Below, piece by piece: positions 26,278-35,380 of a DNA stretch of 64,000 nt (its first letter is position 1; each line of letters opens with the position of its first letter). Below the pieces are notes generated by a model that did no database searches, was not told the DNA's origin, and worked only from the letters and a program-made list of their open reading frames with translations. A program made the position numbers and the translations under genes. The DNA is from Nitrosopumilaceae archaeon (GTDB taxonomy: Archaea > Thermoproteota > Nitrososphaeria > Nitrososphaerales > Nitrosopumilaceae), in NCBI GenBank assembly GCA_035685445.1, contig DASSAK010000008.1:13131-77130 (forward strand), in the 5' to 3' direction.

Positions 26278-26928
26278 TTAGTCCCACTTTGACCAAGCGG
26301 CCATCCATCTATACGTCCACGTTGTTAGCTTACATCCTAACGCTGCAAACGTAACGGACAATACTGCACCAGCACCTGCACCAAGCGCGACCGGACTGTT
26401 ATAGAACTTTCCGACCTGCGGTTCTATTGGTGTCATGTATGGTGGCAATGTTGGTCTTGGATATTTGAATGCCGTTTCTAGTGGGTCTGCTACTGTTATC
26501 AGGTTTACCATGTTGAACAATGGCAATGACATTCCTACCAGTACTCCGCCAAACAGTATCAACGAGTGCTTGTTTCTCTTTGTTGCCCAATATGCCAAGT
26601 CCAACAGCATTGCTGATGGTAACCATACTGGTGTAACAATGAAGTCATATGGATATCCAAGTGCAAACCATGCACCTTTTGCAACCCACGTGTATACTGT
26701 CATAATCAGGGCATAATACGTAGCTGTTCCCGGTACGCCAGTGAATGTTAGATAATAACATGCTCCGACGGTAAGCATCAACGTTTGTGATATAGAGAAT
26801 ACTACAAACGAAGTCCAGGCCCAATCAGTATAGAAAATGTAGTCACCTGCGTTAATTGTTAACAGTGTTGAGTTTACCGCAACTACTACAATGAATAAGT
26901 AGTGGGTACATCGTCTAAGCCAGACCAT
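26278..26928 (-). CDS. amoA: ammonia monooxygenase subunit A (archaeal)
   Basis: 216 aa. MVWLRRCTHYLFIVVVAVNSTLLTINAGDYIFYTDWAWTSF... is recognisably the Nitrosopumilus-type AmoA sequence. Confidence 0.97.
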   Translation of the reverse strand: MVWLRRCTHYLFIVVVAVNSTLLTINAGDYIFYTDWAWTSFVVFSISQTLMLTVGACYYLTFTGVPGTATYYALIMTVYTWVAKGAWFALGYPYDFIVTPVWLPSAMLLDLAYWATKRNKHSLILFGGVLVGMSLPLFNMVNLITVADPLETAFKYPRPTLPPYMTPIEPQVGKFYNSPVALGAGAGAVLSVTFAALGCKLTTWTYRWMAAWSKWD

Positions 26929-26951
26929 TAACCAGTAGAATATGGGGTCAG

Positions 26952-26959
26952 TATATAAA
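26952..26959 (-). promoter_or_regulatory. putative TATA box of amoA (TTTATATA on the minus strand), 24 nt upstream of the ATG
   Basis: The spacing implies a transcription start at or next to the start codon (leaderless mRNA). Confidence 0.4.
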
Positions 26960-27068
26960 ATTTTAGCAAAAGTTCATGATCGGATAAAAGGCCAGAACCT
27001 AATTTCTGTAATAAATTTGATAATACTTGACAGTAAGATTCTAGTTAATAAAAAGAGAAAAAATGGAT

Positions 27069-27431
27069 TTAAAATCCCACGTACAAGGAGATGATTACAG
27101 TGAGTACTGCTACTCCAGCAACTGTTGCAGCAACTACACCATTGCTATTCTTATTGGAACCTTCCTGCATTACTTTAACACAGAAGATGTAACCAATTGC
27201 TTCAATGATAGTTAGGACAATAAATGCATAGTGACCGCTGTTTGTTGGATATGCCCATGGATAATAGAAGTATCCTGCTGCAGTACCACCAAAAGTTGCT
27301 AACCATGCAGCGATGAATGATAGAGTAATCATACCCGTCATGTTTTCGACGCGTTTGCCAATCATCCTTTCGACATCAGCGCTGCCGGCGCCACCGCCGC
27401 CTCCTGATCCAAATCCTTTTGGAAGAGTCAT
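27069..27431 (-). CDS. amoX: AmoX, small membrane protein between amoA and amoC
   Basis: 120 aa with a Gly-rich N-terminus followed by hydrophobic helices. It occupies the conserved amoA-x-amoC position known from marine AOA. Confidence 0.8.
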   Translation of the reverse strand: MTLPKGFGSGGGGGAGSADVERMIGKRVENMTGMITLSFIAAWLATFGGTAAGYFYYPWAYPTNSGHYAFIVLTIIEAIGYIFCVKVMQEGSNKNSNGVVAATVAGVAVLTVIISLYVGF

Positions 27432-27544
27432 TTGCGATATATCGAGAGAGAATCCTATTAAGTCTTTCCTAAAATATCATGAATACTCGATCAGGTTTTT
27501 TGAAAAATATAAAAAGAAAAGAGGTGCTTATCGCACGTTTTTGC

Positions 27545-28108
27545 TTATGGTATGGATCTGCTGTACAATTTGCCTTCCAGGGCCATCTTGTACATTTCAG
27601 CAACATAGGGGTTTTCACCTGGTGTTTCTGCGCCAAGTTCAACCAGTCTTGCGTAAACCCTAACTACGTATGCTAGAGCGCCCATAAAGGCTACGACAAC
27701 ACCCATGTTAAACATCCAGTGATTTGGTACTGCAAAGATTTCTTCAACAAACCAGAAGTGCCACATCTCATTGATTCCAATTGTGAACATTGTTGCAAGG
27801 TAACCAAGAATGGTCATCTTCAAACCAGTGTTCATTGAGTTATTTGGACCTCTGAGAATTGGTACTCTTCTATCATAGATTGCTACAGAACCCCAACCCA
27901 ATGGTAGAGCCACAAAGTGACTGTATAACCACCAGTGTGCTGGTGTAAATGCACTATCTCTGATAGATGTTTGATGTAGAGAACCATCAACGAAGTTGTC
28001 TACTTCGACTGAAGCAGCAGTTGATCCCATCGCAATAACGATAAGCCAGATTTTCTTAAGTCTTTGAATCTCGACTTCTTTTGGGATTAATGCTGGCATT
28101 TGTGCCAT
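27545..28108 (-). CDS. amoC: ammonia monooxygenase subunit C (archaeal)
   Basis: 187 aa. MAQMPALIPKEVEIQRLKKIW...HWWLYSHFVALPLGWGS...NEMWHFWFVEE is a typical archaeal AmoC. Confidence 0.95.
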   Translation of the reverse strand: MAQMPALIPKEVEIQRLKKIWLIVIAMGSTAASVEVDNFVDGSLHQTSIRDSAFTPAHWWLYSHFVALPLGWGSVAIYDRRVPILRGPNNSMNTGLKMTILGYLATMFTIGINEMWHFWFVEEIFAVPNHWMFNMGVVVAFMGALAYVVRVYARLVELGAETPGENPYVAEMYKMALEGKLYSRSIP

Positions 28109-28131
28109 GTGTGTAGTGCTTGTTTTTTGAG

Positions 28132-28138
28132 ATATAAA
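28132..28138 (-). promoter_or_regulatory. putative TATA box of amoC (TTTATAT on the minus strand), 24 nt upstream of the ATG
   Basis: Same TATA-to-ATG spacing as amoA. Confidence 0.4.
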
Positions 28139-28370
28139 GGAAGGGTTCCAAATATTATAAAATTATTAAAAATTTTATAAGAAAAGCGCTTATTTCTTTC
28201 TATTTTTTATATGATTTGATAACAAAAAAATCAAAAAATCAACCAATCAAAAGAGTAGTTCCATTGTTAATCATTGATGTCAATCATTAAGATCTCGTTC
28301 TCGATCCACGACATCAAGGTAAAACATATAACGATGGTTGTTACCTTTCTGATTAATTAACGGGATAACT

Positions 28371-28943
28371 ATGGTCGTCGATAAAAAACTAATTGTTATT
28401 GGACTCGGAATGGTTCTAGCACTAGGAACAATTGGATTCAATTGGGTTGAAACAATTCTACCAACTGCTGAAGCACACGGTGTCCAAGCACAACTCCAGA
28501 GTCGTTTCATTAGAATCGAAGATGAGACATTCAACAGACAATCACTTACAACTGGTGAAAACATTTGTCTTTCAGGCCAACTTGTTAGCTTGATTGAAAG
28601 AGACAGCAGAGCATGGGTATCAATCTTCTCGGAATCAACTAATGCTGGAAACAGATGGGAGATTCTAACAAGAGATCCACCTGGCAATGTATTTGACATT
28701 CCAGGAAACGAAGTAGTACCATACCAGATATGTGCAATGGCACTTGAGCCAGGAGTATATCATGTACATACTCAGCTTAATGTGGCAAACGTTGGTCCGG
28801 GACTAGGTCCAGGTCAAACAGTTGTGGTTGATGGCGAATTTATCTTAAAACCAATCCCATACACCAACATTGCATATCAATCAATCATGATTGGTGTTGG
28901 ATATGTCATTACATTTGCGACTCGACCCTGGCAAGTAATCTAA
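28371..28943 (+). CDS. amoB: ammonia monooxygenase subunit B (archaeal, short form)
   Basis: 190 aa. N-terminal signal/TM, then AEAHGVQAQLQSRFIRIED (the N-terminal His of the Cu site) and a C-terminal TM. Divergent from amoC, as in Nitrosopumilus. Confidence 0.93.
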   Translation: MVVDKKLIVIGLGMVLALGTIGFNWVETILPTAEAHGVQAQLQSRFIRIEDETFNRQSLTTGENICLSGQLVSLIERDSRAWVSIFSESTNAGNRWEILTRDPPGNVFDIPGNEVVPYQICAMALEPGVYHVHTQLNVANVGPGLGPGQTVVVDGEFILKPIPYTNIAYQSIMIGVGYVITFATRPWQVI

Positions 28944-29052
28944 ACTCCCAACCTTCCTTTTCATTTTCTAAAATAATTACCTGACATCATTCATACCATC
29001 CTCATACTTTATGAATCAAAGTTTTATCTCATACGAAAATGTTACAATATAG

Positions 29053-29370
29053 ATGATGCTAAGTTTCAAAATTCTCAAACTTAACATAAATCAAAGTTAT
29101 TTTTTTGGAGAGGTAGAATACAAACAACAAGGATTCAAAATTAATGTGCAAAACGAAAGAAGAGGCAAAGTTCTAAAATTGCCTTTTGGCTTTTCTCCAA
29201 AAAAAGAAAGAATGATTGTTAGATTTACCGGTCCTGGCGATATTTTTGTTGAAGACTTTTTGCCATACAAGGGAGAATCCGAATGGGTAGAAATTGACTC
29301 TGATGAAATAACTTACTTTATTGCAGATCATCAGGATCAGTTTGATACTTTAGAAATAATGGATGAATAG
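29053..29370 (+). CDS. hypothetical soluble protein downstream of amoB
   Basis: 105-aa ORF with no TM segment. Confidence 0.45.
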   Translation: MMLSFKILKLNINQSYFFGEVEYKQQGFKINVQNERRGKVLKLPFGFSPKKERMIVRFTGPGDIFVEDFLPYKGESEWVEIDSDEITYFIADHQDQFDTLEIMDE

Positions 29371-29398
29371 TCATAGAAACGACTTTAAGTAATTTGTA

Positions 29399-29950
29399 TT
29401 GATTCATGACATGTTTTGGCCTGGAATGGGTGATCCCGCAAAGCGGAAAAAGACTTTACGATTTCTTGGCATTACAGCGGCAATTGCTATTTCAGTAGGT
29501 CTTGGTAGTTTAGCTATTCAACAATATCTCAATATTGATAATCCTTTGAAAGTTTGTATTGATAATAGAGACATTAACTACAAAATTTCTGCAACACTAG
29601 AACTATACGTTGATGGTCAAAAAGCTGAGATTCCAGCAAATATTGGAATAGCGGATAGATGTACACATTCTCTGTACACTTTGTCTAATGATGGAACAAT
29701 TTATGCAGAATGGGATGAAGAGTATCCATTTGAAATTGGTCACTTTTTCTGGACATGGACTACATATCATGAAGGAGGATTCCCAATGAGAGATATGGAT
29801 CAAGGAAAATCGAAAATAATTGTAAATGGGCAAGAGTCATCCCGTTTCATTAGTGCTCCACTGGAGGATGGATACCATTATCGAGCCGAATTCATTACAA
29901 AGGAATATGATGAATCCAAGGATTCAGACTTTTTGCCACCTGATGCATAA
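29399..29950 (+). CDS. membrane-anchored hypothetical protein downstream of amoB
   Basis: 183 aa. One N-terminal TM (LRFLGITAAIAISVGLGSLAI) followed by a Trp/Tyr-rich extracytoplasmic domain. Confidence 0.5.
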   Translation: MIHDMFWPGMGDPAKRKKTLRFLGITAAIAISVGLGSLAIQQYLNIDNPLKVCIDNRDINYKISATLELYVDGQKAEIPANIGIADRCTHSLYTLSNDGTIYAEWDEEYPFEIGHFFWTWTTYHEGGFPMRDMDQGKSKIIVNGQESSRFISAPLEDGYHYRAEFITKEYDESKDSDFLPPDA

Positions 29951-30004
29951 TACAGAGAATAGCCAACGCTAATTCTAGATAAAATAATGAAAAGAAGAAA
30001 GGGT

Positions 30005-30274
30005 TTACCAGTATTTTCCGTTGTCTGGAATTAGACCAATACCTTCTCTTTCAAAGTGTCTATCTAATTCATCAACCCATCTCTCACGGTTGTCTTTGTA
30101 TGACCATCCATGGACACGAAGCCAAAATGATATTATTGCTAACAAGAATATTGTGAACATCATTGTGCCAAAGATGTAAATCATTACATCAAAGAATAAT
30201 GGGTCATAGTTTGGTCCTAGCTGTCCTGTCAATGATGACAGTATACTAAGGAATATTCCCACGATAGGAGTCAT
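30005..30274 (-). CDS. small two-TM membrane protein
   Basis: 89 aa. Two hydrophobic helices (IVGIFLSILSSL..., MIYIFGTMMFTIFLLAIISFW) and a charged C-terminal tail. Confidence 0.5.
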   Translation of the reverse strand: MTPIVGIFLSILSSLTGQLGPNYDPLFFDVMIYIFGTMMFTIFLLAIISFWLRVHGWSYKDNRERWVDELDRHFEREGIGLIPDNGKYW

Positions 30275-30385
30275 TGTTTAGACAACGCTATTAGTGCGTT
30301 ATATAGATTTCTGCGATTCTCAAAAAAACAGGGATCAGCAATATACACTAGAGATGTGAATAAAATAAGAAAGAATGGTTCTTGC

Positions 30386-30715
30386 TTAGCCTCTTCCTTG
30401 AGCGGCATACTTGCCAGATCTTCCTCTAAAGAAGAATGCTCCAGCGATTCCACCAAAGACTGCACCTGCTATAGCTGCAGCACCAAGAACACCATCAGCG
30501 TCTAGGTATGGTGTACCAGAACCACTTGCTGGGTTTGCTTCAGCAGCTTCGATTCGACGTCTGGCTAGTTCAAGGGTTTCTTCAAGTGTGCCAGCACCTG
30601 TTTCTCCAGCACCGCCAACATTACCCATGTATTGAGCATATGCAAATCCAATGAATCCCATACTGCCCACTGCAACCAGCGTCAACATAATTGATAAAAC
30701 AATTATTTTTTTCAT
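30386..30715 (-). CDS. small secreted/membrane protein, Gly/Ala-rich with a C-terminal TM
   Basis: 109 aa. Signal-like MKKIIVLSIMLTLVAVGSMGFIGFAYA and C-terminal GVLGAAAIAGAVFGGIAGAFFF. Locally GC-rich like the amo genes. The overlapping ORFs 30271-30465 and 30411-30635 are treated as artefacts. Confidence 0.55.
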   Translation of the reverse strand: MKKIIVLSIMLTLVAVGSMGFIGFAYAQYMGNVGGAGETGAGTLEETLELARRRIEAAEANPASGSGTPYLDADGVLGAAAIAGAVFGGIAGAFFFRGRSGKYAAQGRG

Positions 30716-30833
30716 AGCGTTTACCTGCTCAGATGAGCTTTATGTTAATATTTAACTTTTCTTTTTACTCCGGATTTTGATTTTTGGGAAGGGATCAAGT
30801 AACGTTTAATTTTGTTCTAAAGTCAGGCAGGAC

Positions 30834-31283
30834 ATGGGACGAATGCATACTCACAGACATGGAAAATCTCATTCGATTAGACCTGTAACTGTACGATCAC
30901 CATCTTGGGTTTCTCAGGATTCAAAGCAGATTGAGGAACTTGTGGCAAAGTATGCAAAAGAGGGTTTAACCCCAAGTCAGATTGGAATAAAGCTTCGCGA
31001 TCAGCATGCAATTCCTCTTGTCAAACCTGTAACAAAAAAAACAATTATGCAGATCTTAGAAGAAAATAATCTTAAACCAGAAATTCCTGAAGACTTGGAT
31101 AACATTGTAAAAAAGGCAGTCGGTTTACAAAGACATCTAAAGTCTAACAAAGGAGATAGTCGAAATGTTAGATCGCTTGAGCTAATCGAAGCTAAAGTTC
31201 ACCGATTAGCATCTTATTACAAAAAAACAGGTCAACTTGCTAAAAACTGGAAATATAAATCCGTGGTCGCTCAACTAGAGTGA
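30834..31283 (+). CDS. rps15: 30S ribosomal protein uS15 (S15P/S13e)
   Basis: MGRMHTHRHGKSHSIRP is the characteristic archaeal S15 N-terminus. Confidence 0.9.
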   Translation: MGRMHTHRHGKSHSIRPVTVRSPSWVSQDSKQIEELVAKYAKEGLTPSQIGIKLRDQHAIPLVKPVTKKTIMQILEENNLKPEIPEDLDNIVKKAVGLQRHLKSNKGDSRNVRSLELIEAKVHRLASYYKKTGQLAKNWKYKSVVAQLE

Positions 31284-32701
31284 TGGCAAAAGATCTCACT
31301 GAATCGCTTTCATATTTTCACGATAAGATTTTTGATTGCATTAAATCAAACAAATCAATTTTTGTTTTAACACATATTGATTGTGATGGTCTAAGTTCTG
31401 GCAGCATAATTACCAAAGCACTAATTCGAGCAGGTGCAAATTGTACTGTTCGGACAACAAAAGAGTTAAACAAATCTGTTATTTCGAATCTTCAAAAAAA
31501 TTCTAGAGATTTGCATATAATAACTGATCTTGGTGGAGGGTTTGCAAAAGACCTCGATGAAAATCTTGGCGACAACTGGATGGTTTTGGATCATCATGAA
31601 ATTTCAGAAGACGAACATGAAAATGAAAGAATGGTTAATGCATGGAAGTTTGGGATTGATGGAGGTACAGAAATTTGTGCCGGCGGAATGGCATATTTAG
31701 CCGCAAATTCCCTTGATAGTAAAAATTCGGATCTTTCTCCAATAGCAATAGTTTCAGCTTTGGGAGATAGACAAGACCAAGGTGAAAAAAAATCCTTTAG
31801 AGGAAAAAATTTGGAAATTGCAAAAACTGCAAAAAAAGAAGGTCTACTTGAAATAGACTTGGATTTATTATTGGTTGGCAGAGAAACAAGACCTCTTCCT
31901 GATGCACTTGCATTTACATCTCAACCATTTATTGAGGGACTAACATGGAACAGAGATGCATGTCTTTCTTTGATAAATTCTGCAGGAATCAAGGTAAAGG
32001 ATGGACAAAGATGGAGAGTGCCAGCTGAATTATCTGAAGACGAGAAAAGAATACTCATTGAAGGAATTACCAAAGTCACTGCAGGAAAAGATGCCACCGA
32101 CATAATGGAAGAATTGATTGGATACACATACTCTTTTCCAAGAGAAGATAGAAGAAGTTTTTTGCGAGATGGCCGAGACTTTGCCACAATGCTAAATTCT
32201 TGTGGAAGAATCAGCAAAGCTGGTGTTGGAATAGCAATTTGTATGGGCGATAGAAATAAGCTTCTTCAAGAGGGAGAAAACATTCTAACAGAGTACAGAA
32301 AAATGATAAGAAATTACATGAATATTTTAGCGAATGAAAGATGGAGGATTTCTGATAACAAAAATTGTGTTTTGGTAAACGGAGAAGGTGTCATTCCTGA
32401 AACTATGTCCGGTACAATATCATCTCTAATTGCAGGTTCTCCAAAAAATTCTGGAAAAATCATAATACTTAGAACAAATGGAGATGAAGGGACAATCAAG
32501 TTCTCATCAAGAAAATCATTTTCTTGCAAATCAAATGTAAATCTAAGTGAATTGATGAGACATGGAGCTGAGAAATTTGATGGTGTGGGTGGAGGGCATG
32601 ATGCAGCCGCAGGTGCCAGAATAACTAAAGACAAATTGGATGGGTTCTTGGACTATCTAGAAGCAAATGTCATTAACGTGCAAAGTTCAAGTAACTCTTG
32701 A
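31280..32701 (+). CDS. DHH/DHHA1 phosphoesterase, archaeal RecJ/Cdc45-like (GAN-type) nuclease
   Basis: HIDCDGLSSG (motif I), LDHHE (DHH) and GVGGGHDAAAG (the GGGH of DHHA1). The start overlaps the uS15 stop, a linkage common in archaea. Confidence 0.8.
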   Translation: MMAKDLTESLSYFHDKIFDCIKSNKSIFVLTHIDCDGLSSGSIITKALIRAGANCTVRTTKELNKSVISNLQKNSRDLHIITDLGGGFAKDLDENLGDNWMVLDHHEISEDEHENERMVNAWKFGIDGGTEICAGGMAYLAANSLDSKNSDLSPIAIVSALGDRQDQGEKKSFRGKNLEIAKTAKKEGLLEIDLDLLLVGRETRPLPDALAFTSQPFIEGLTWNRDACLSLINSAGIKVKDGQRWRVPAELSEDEKRILIEGITKVTAGKDATDIMEELIGYTYSFPREDRRSFLRDGRDFATMLNSCGRISKAGVGIAICMGDRNKLLQEGENILTEYRKMIRNYMNILANERWRISDNKNCVLVNGEGVIPETMSGTISSLIAGSPKNSGKIIILRTNGDEGTIKFSSRKSFSCKSNVNLSELMRHGAEKFDGVGGGHDAAAGARITKDKLDGFLDYLEANVINVQSSSNS

Positions 32702-32909
32702 TAATATTTCTGAAAAAAAGGCCAAAACCGTTAGAAAAGCTCTTGAACCTGACAATGTGAATTTTCCAGAAAACTTGACTCTAGAACTAGAAAATTTTGA
32801 TAACAAACTTGTTTTTAATTTTCAAAGTCAAGGGAATATGAAAAAATTGATTGCCACAGTAGATGAGGTTTTAGAACATGTGCAATTAGCACTAAAAGTG
32901 ATTGAATAA
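32667..32909 (+). CDS. small protein, probable KEOPS subunit Pcc1
   Basis: 80 aa. The pattern ...ALEPDNVNFPENL...ATVDEVLEHVQLALKVIE resembles the Pcc1/CTAG family. The exact start is uncertain because it overlaps the recJ-like 3' end. Confidence 0.5.
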   Translation: MSLTCKVQVTLDNISEKKAKTVRKALEPDNVNFPENLTLELENFDNKLVFNFQSQGNMKKLIATVDEVLEHVQLALKVIE

Positions 32910-34171
32910 TGTTAGACCCAAAGATTCTCAGAGACAATCCTGATAAAATTCGTAAGATGTTAAAAGACAGATTTGTTGAATTTGATATCGATGCACTAGT
33001 TGATGCAGACAAAAAAAGAAGAGAATTCATAATTAAAACGGATGAGTTAAGAAAAAAGAAAAACCGAGTTTCTTTACAAATTTCAGAAAAGAAAAAGGCA
33101 GGAAAAGATATTTCTCAAATTTTAGATGAGATGAAAAAGGTTTCATCAGACCTTGAATCACTTGAAAAAACTCAAACAAATATTGAACAAGAGTATTCAA
33201 AGCTTGCTTACACAATTCCAAATCTAATTCATGAATCAGTCCCTATCGGAAAAGATGAGACCGCAAATAAAGAAATTAGAAAATGGGGAAATATTCCAGA
33301 ATTTAATTTTCAGATTCAAGACCATGTTGATCTATCAGATAATTTAGATTTGGTTGATTTAGAACGTGCAGCAAAAGTCTCTGGTGCAAGATTTTATTAT
33401 CTTAGAAACGATCTAGTTAGATTAAACCAAGCATTGATAAATTTTGCACTAGATTTCCTTTCTGAAAAAAATTATTCTCCGGTGCAGCCTCCTTACCTCA
33501 TTAAAAGAAAAGCAATGGAAGGCGCTATTATTGCTGAAGACTTCGAGGATGTGATTTACAAAATTCAAGACGAGGATCTGTATCTTATTGGAACATCAGA
33601 GCATGCAATGGCTGCAATGCATTCTGGTGAAATTATTGAAGGCAACATACTACCATTAAGATATGCTGGAATTAGTCCTTGTTTTAGAAAAGAAGCTGGG
33701 GCACATGGAAAAGATCAAAAAGGAATCTTTAGAGTTCACCAGTTTGAGAAAGTTGAACAATTTGTTTTTTCAAGACCTGAAGAATCTTGGAATGAACATG
33801 AAAGAATGATTCAAACAGCTGAGGAATTCTATCAAAAGTTAGAGATTCCACATAAAGTAATGCTTCTTTCAAGTGGAGATATGGGAAAAGTTTCTGCTAA
33901 AACTTATGACATTGAAGCATGGATGGCAGGACAAAATGCTTACAGGGAAATTGTTTCTTGTTCTAATTGTCTTGATTATCAAGCTAGAAGGCTAAAGATT
34001 AGATTCAGAGATAAAACAAATGAAGATACACAATATCTTCACACTTTAAACAGTACTCTAATTGCAACTTCTAGAGTTTTGGTTTCAATTTTAGAAAATT
34101 TTCAAACTAAAGACGGTCACATCAAAGTACCAAAAGCTTTGAAAAACTATATTGGAAAATCCACAATCTAG
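32909..34171 (+). CDS. serS: seryl-tRNA synthetase
   Basis: MLDPKILRDNPDKIRKMLKDR N-terminal coiled coil. Class II motifs FRKEAGAHGKDQKGIFRVHQFEKVE and TLNSTLIATSR. Confidence 0.92.
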   Translation: MLDPKILRDNPDKIRKMLKDRFVEFDIDALVDADKKRREFIIKTDELRKKKNRVSLQISEKKKAGKDISQILDEMKKVSSDLESLEKTQTNIEQEYSKLAYTIPNLIHESVPIGKDETANKEIRKWGNIPEFNFQIQDHVDLSDNLDLVDLERAAKVSGARFYYLRNDLVRLNQALINFALDFLSEKNYSPVQPPYLIKRKAMEGAIIAEDFEDVIYKIQDEDLYLIGTSEHAMAAMHSGEIIEGNILPLRYAGISPCFRKEAGAHGKDQKGIFRVHQFEKVEQFVFSRPEESWNEHERMIQTAEEFYQKLEIPHKVMLLSSGDMGKVSAKTYDIEAWMAGQNAYREIVSCSNCLDYQARRLKIRFRDKTNEDTQYLHTLNSTLIATSRVLVSILENFQTKDGHIKVPKALKNYIGKSTI

Positions 34172-34211
34172 TCACATACCCTTATATTTTGGATTCAAAG
34201 GTCGTTACTAA

Positions 34212-34823
34212 TTGGCACGTAGAAAAACTAGAGTAAAAGACAAATGGAGAGAGAAAAAGTGGGTTACTGTCATAGCACCAGATTCATTTAACAACGTACC
34301 AGTTGCATACATTCCAATTACAGATGAAGAAAACGCGGTTGGAAGAGTAGTAGATGTCACATTATTTGACATTCTAAAGGGAGATCCATCCCAACACCAA
34401 TACAAAATATTCTTCCAAATTAGCAAAGTTGAAGGTGAAAAAGCCTATTCAATTTTCAAAAAATTTGAATATGCAAAAGAATTTTTACGTAGCCTTGTTA
34501 GAAGAGGGTCTTCCAAAGTAAATTTTATCGTTGATATAAAAACAAAAGATGGATACATTTTCAGATTAAAGATAATAGCATTAACACATAGACAACTAAA
34601 TACTTCAAGAAAACATGCCCTTAGATTAATTGCAAAGGATGTTATTGAAAAAACTGTTCCTCAAATGACAATTGACCAATTTGTACAGGCAACATGCTAT
34701 GGAAAAATAAATTCGGACATAATGGCAGCTGCCAAGAAATTAATTAGAATTAGACACGTAGGACTTGAAAAAGTAAAGTTAGTAAGAACTGCAGAAAAAG
34801 AAATTGCACTTCTTAAAGCGTAA
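34212..34823 (+). CDS. rps3ae: 30S ribosomal protein eS1 (S3Ae)
   Basis: The MARRKTRVKDKWREKKWVTVIAPDSF N-terminus is diagnostic. Confidence 0.9.
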   Translation: MARRKTRVKDKWREKKWVTVIAPDSFNNVPVAYIPITDEENAVGRVVDVTLFDILKGDPSQHQYKIFFQISKVEGEKAYSIFKKFEYAKEFLRSLVRRGSSKVNFIVDIKTKDGYIFRLKIIALTHRQLNTSRKHALRLIAKDVIEKTVPQMTIDQFVQATCYGKINSDIMAAAKKLIRIRHVGLEKVKLVRTAEKEIALLKA

Positions 34824-34847
34824 AGTTATTGATTTTTCCAATCATAA

Positions 34848-35276
34848 ATGAATGCTAAAATTGAAGTAACTGTAAATGTGATAGTTCATGCAACAGAAGA
34901 CATTACAAAATTTTTTAATGCATTTGAGGAGCTATTTCAAATAAAACAGGATGAGTTTGACATTCAGAATTTGAAAGGTCATTTTGATAATCCAATAACC
35001 ACGTTACAGACAAAGATTACAAAAAAAGATGCAAAAAATTTTGTTGAAAAGTTGATTGTCAATTTGCCAAAAGTGCAACAAAATGAATTACTGGAAAATT
35101 TGGAAGAAAGAATTCACAATTCTGCATTTCATTTAAGATTAGATAAACAAAAGTTGGTTACAAGAAAACTGGACTTGAGGGATAAAGATCCTGTTAAGAT
35201 AAAAATTTTTACCCCAATCTATAACAAAAAAGATACGGCTAAAATTTATTCAGAACTTTTGAAAGCAACCAACTAG
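34848..35276 (+). CDS. conserved archaeal protein, possibly a DUF54/COG1931 RNA-binding (exosome-associated) family member
   Basis: 142 aa. IEVTVNVIVHATEDITK resembles the V-H-x-T-ED start of that family. The link is based on remembered patterns only. Confidence 0.4.
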   Translation: MNAKIEVTVNVIVHATEDITKFFNAFEELFQIKQDEFDIQNLKGHFDNPITTLQTKITKKDAKNFVEKLIVNLPKVQQNELLENLEERIHNSAFHLRLDKQKLVTRKLDLRDKDPVKIKIFTPIYNKKDTAKIYSELLKATN

Positions 35277-35301
35277 AATAAATAAGAATTAGTTGTAATC
35301 A

Positions 35302-35380
35302 GGTCGGGAATGAGGAGATAATAGCCGCTCCAGTCTGAGCTATTGCCTTGAAGACGCCGCGACGATCCGACCCAAAATTT
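35302..35380 (+). ncRNA. candidate small structured RNA (~75 nt) of unknown class
   Basis: GC-rich island in an AT-rich spacer. Terminal stem GGTCGG(35302-35307)/CCGACC(35367-35372), inner stem AATAGC/GCTATT, followed by a TTTTTT run (35378-35383). An AT-rich TATA-like stretch lies about 20-25 nt upstream. Confidence 0.4.

Noticed and set aside
28280-28699. 139-aa minus-strand ORF overlapping the amoB 5' half and its promoter region
   Set aside because: It is antisense to the unmistakable AmoB reading frame and its product is low-complexity Ser/Leu-rich noise. The same applies to 26399-26626 and 26435-26716 (inside amoA), 27313-27663 and 27479-27676 (amoX/amoC region), and 30271-30465 and 30411-30635 (over the 109-aa gene).
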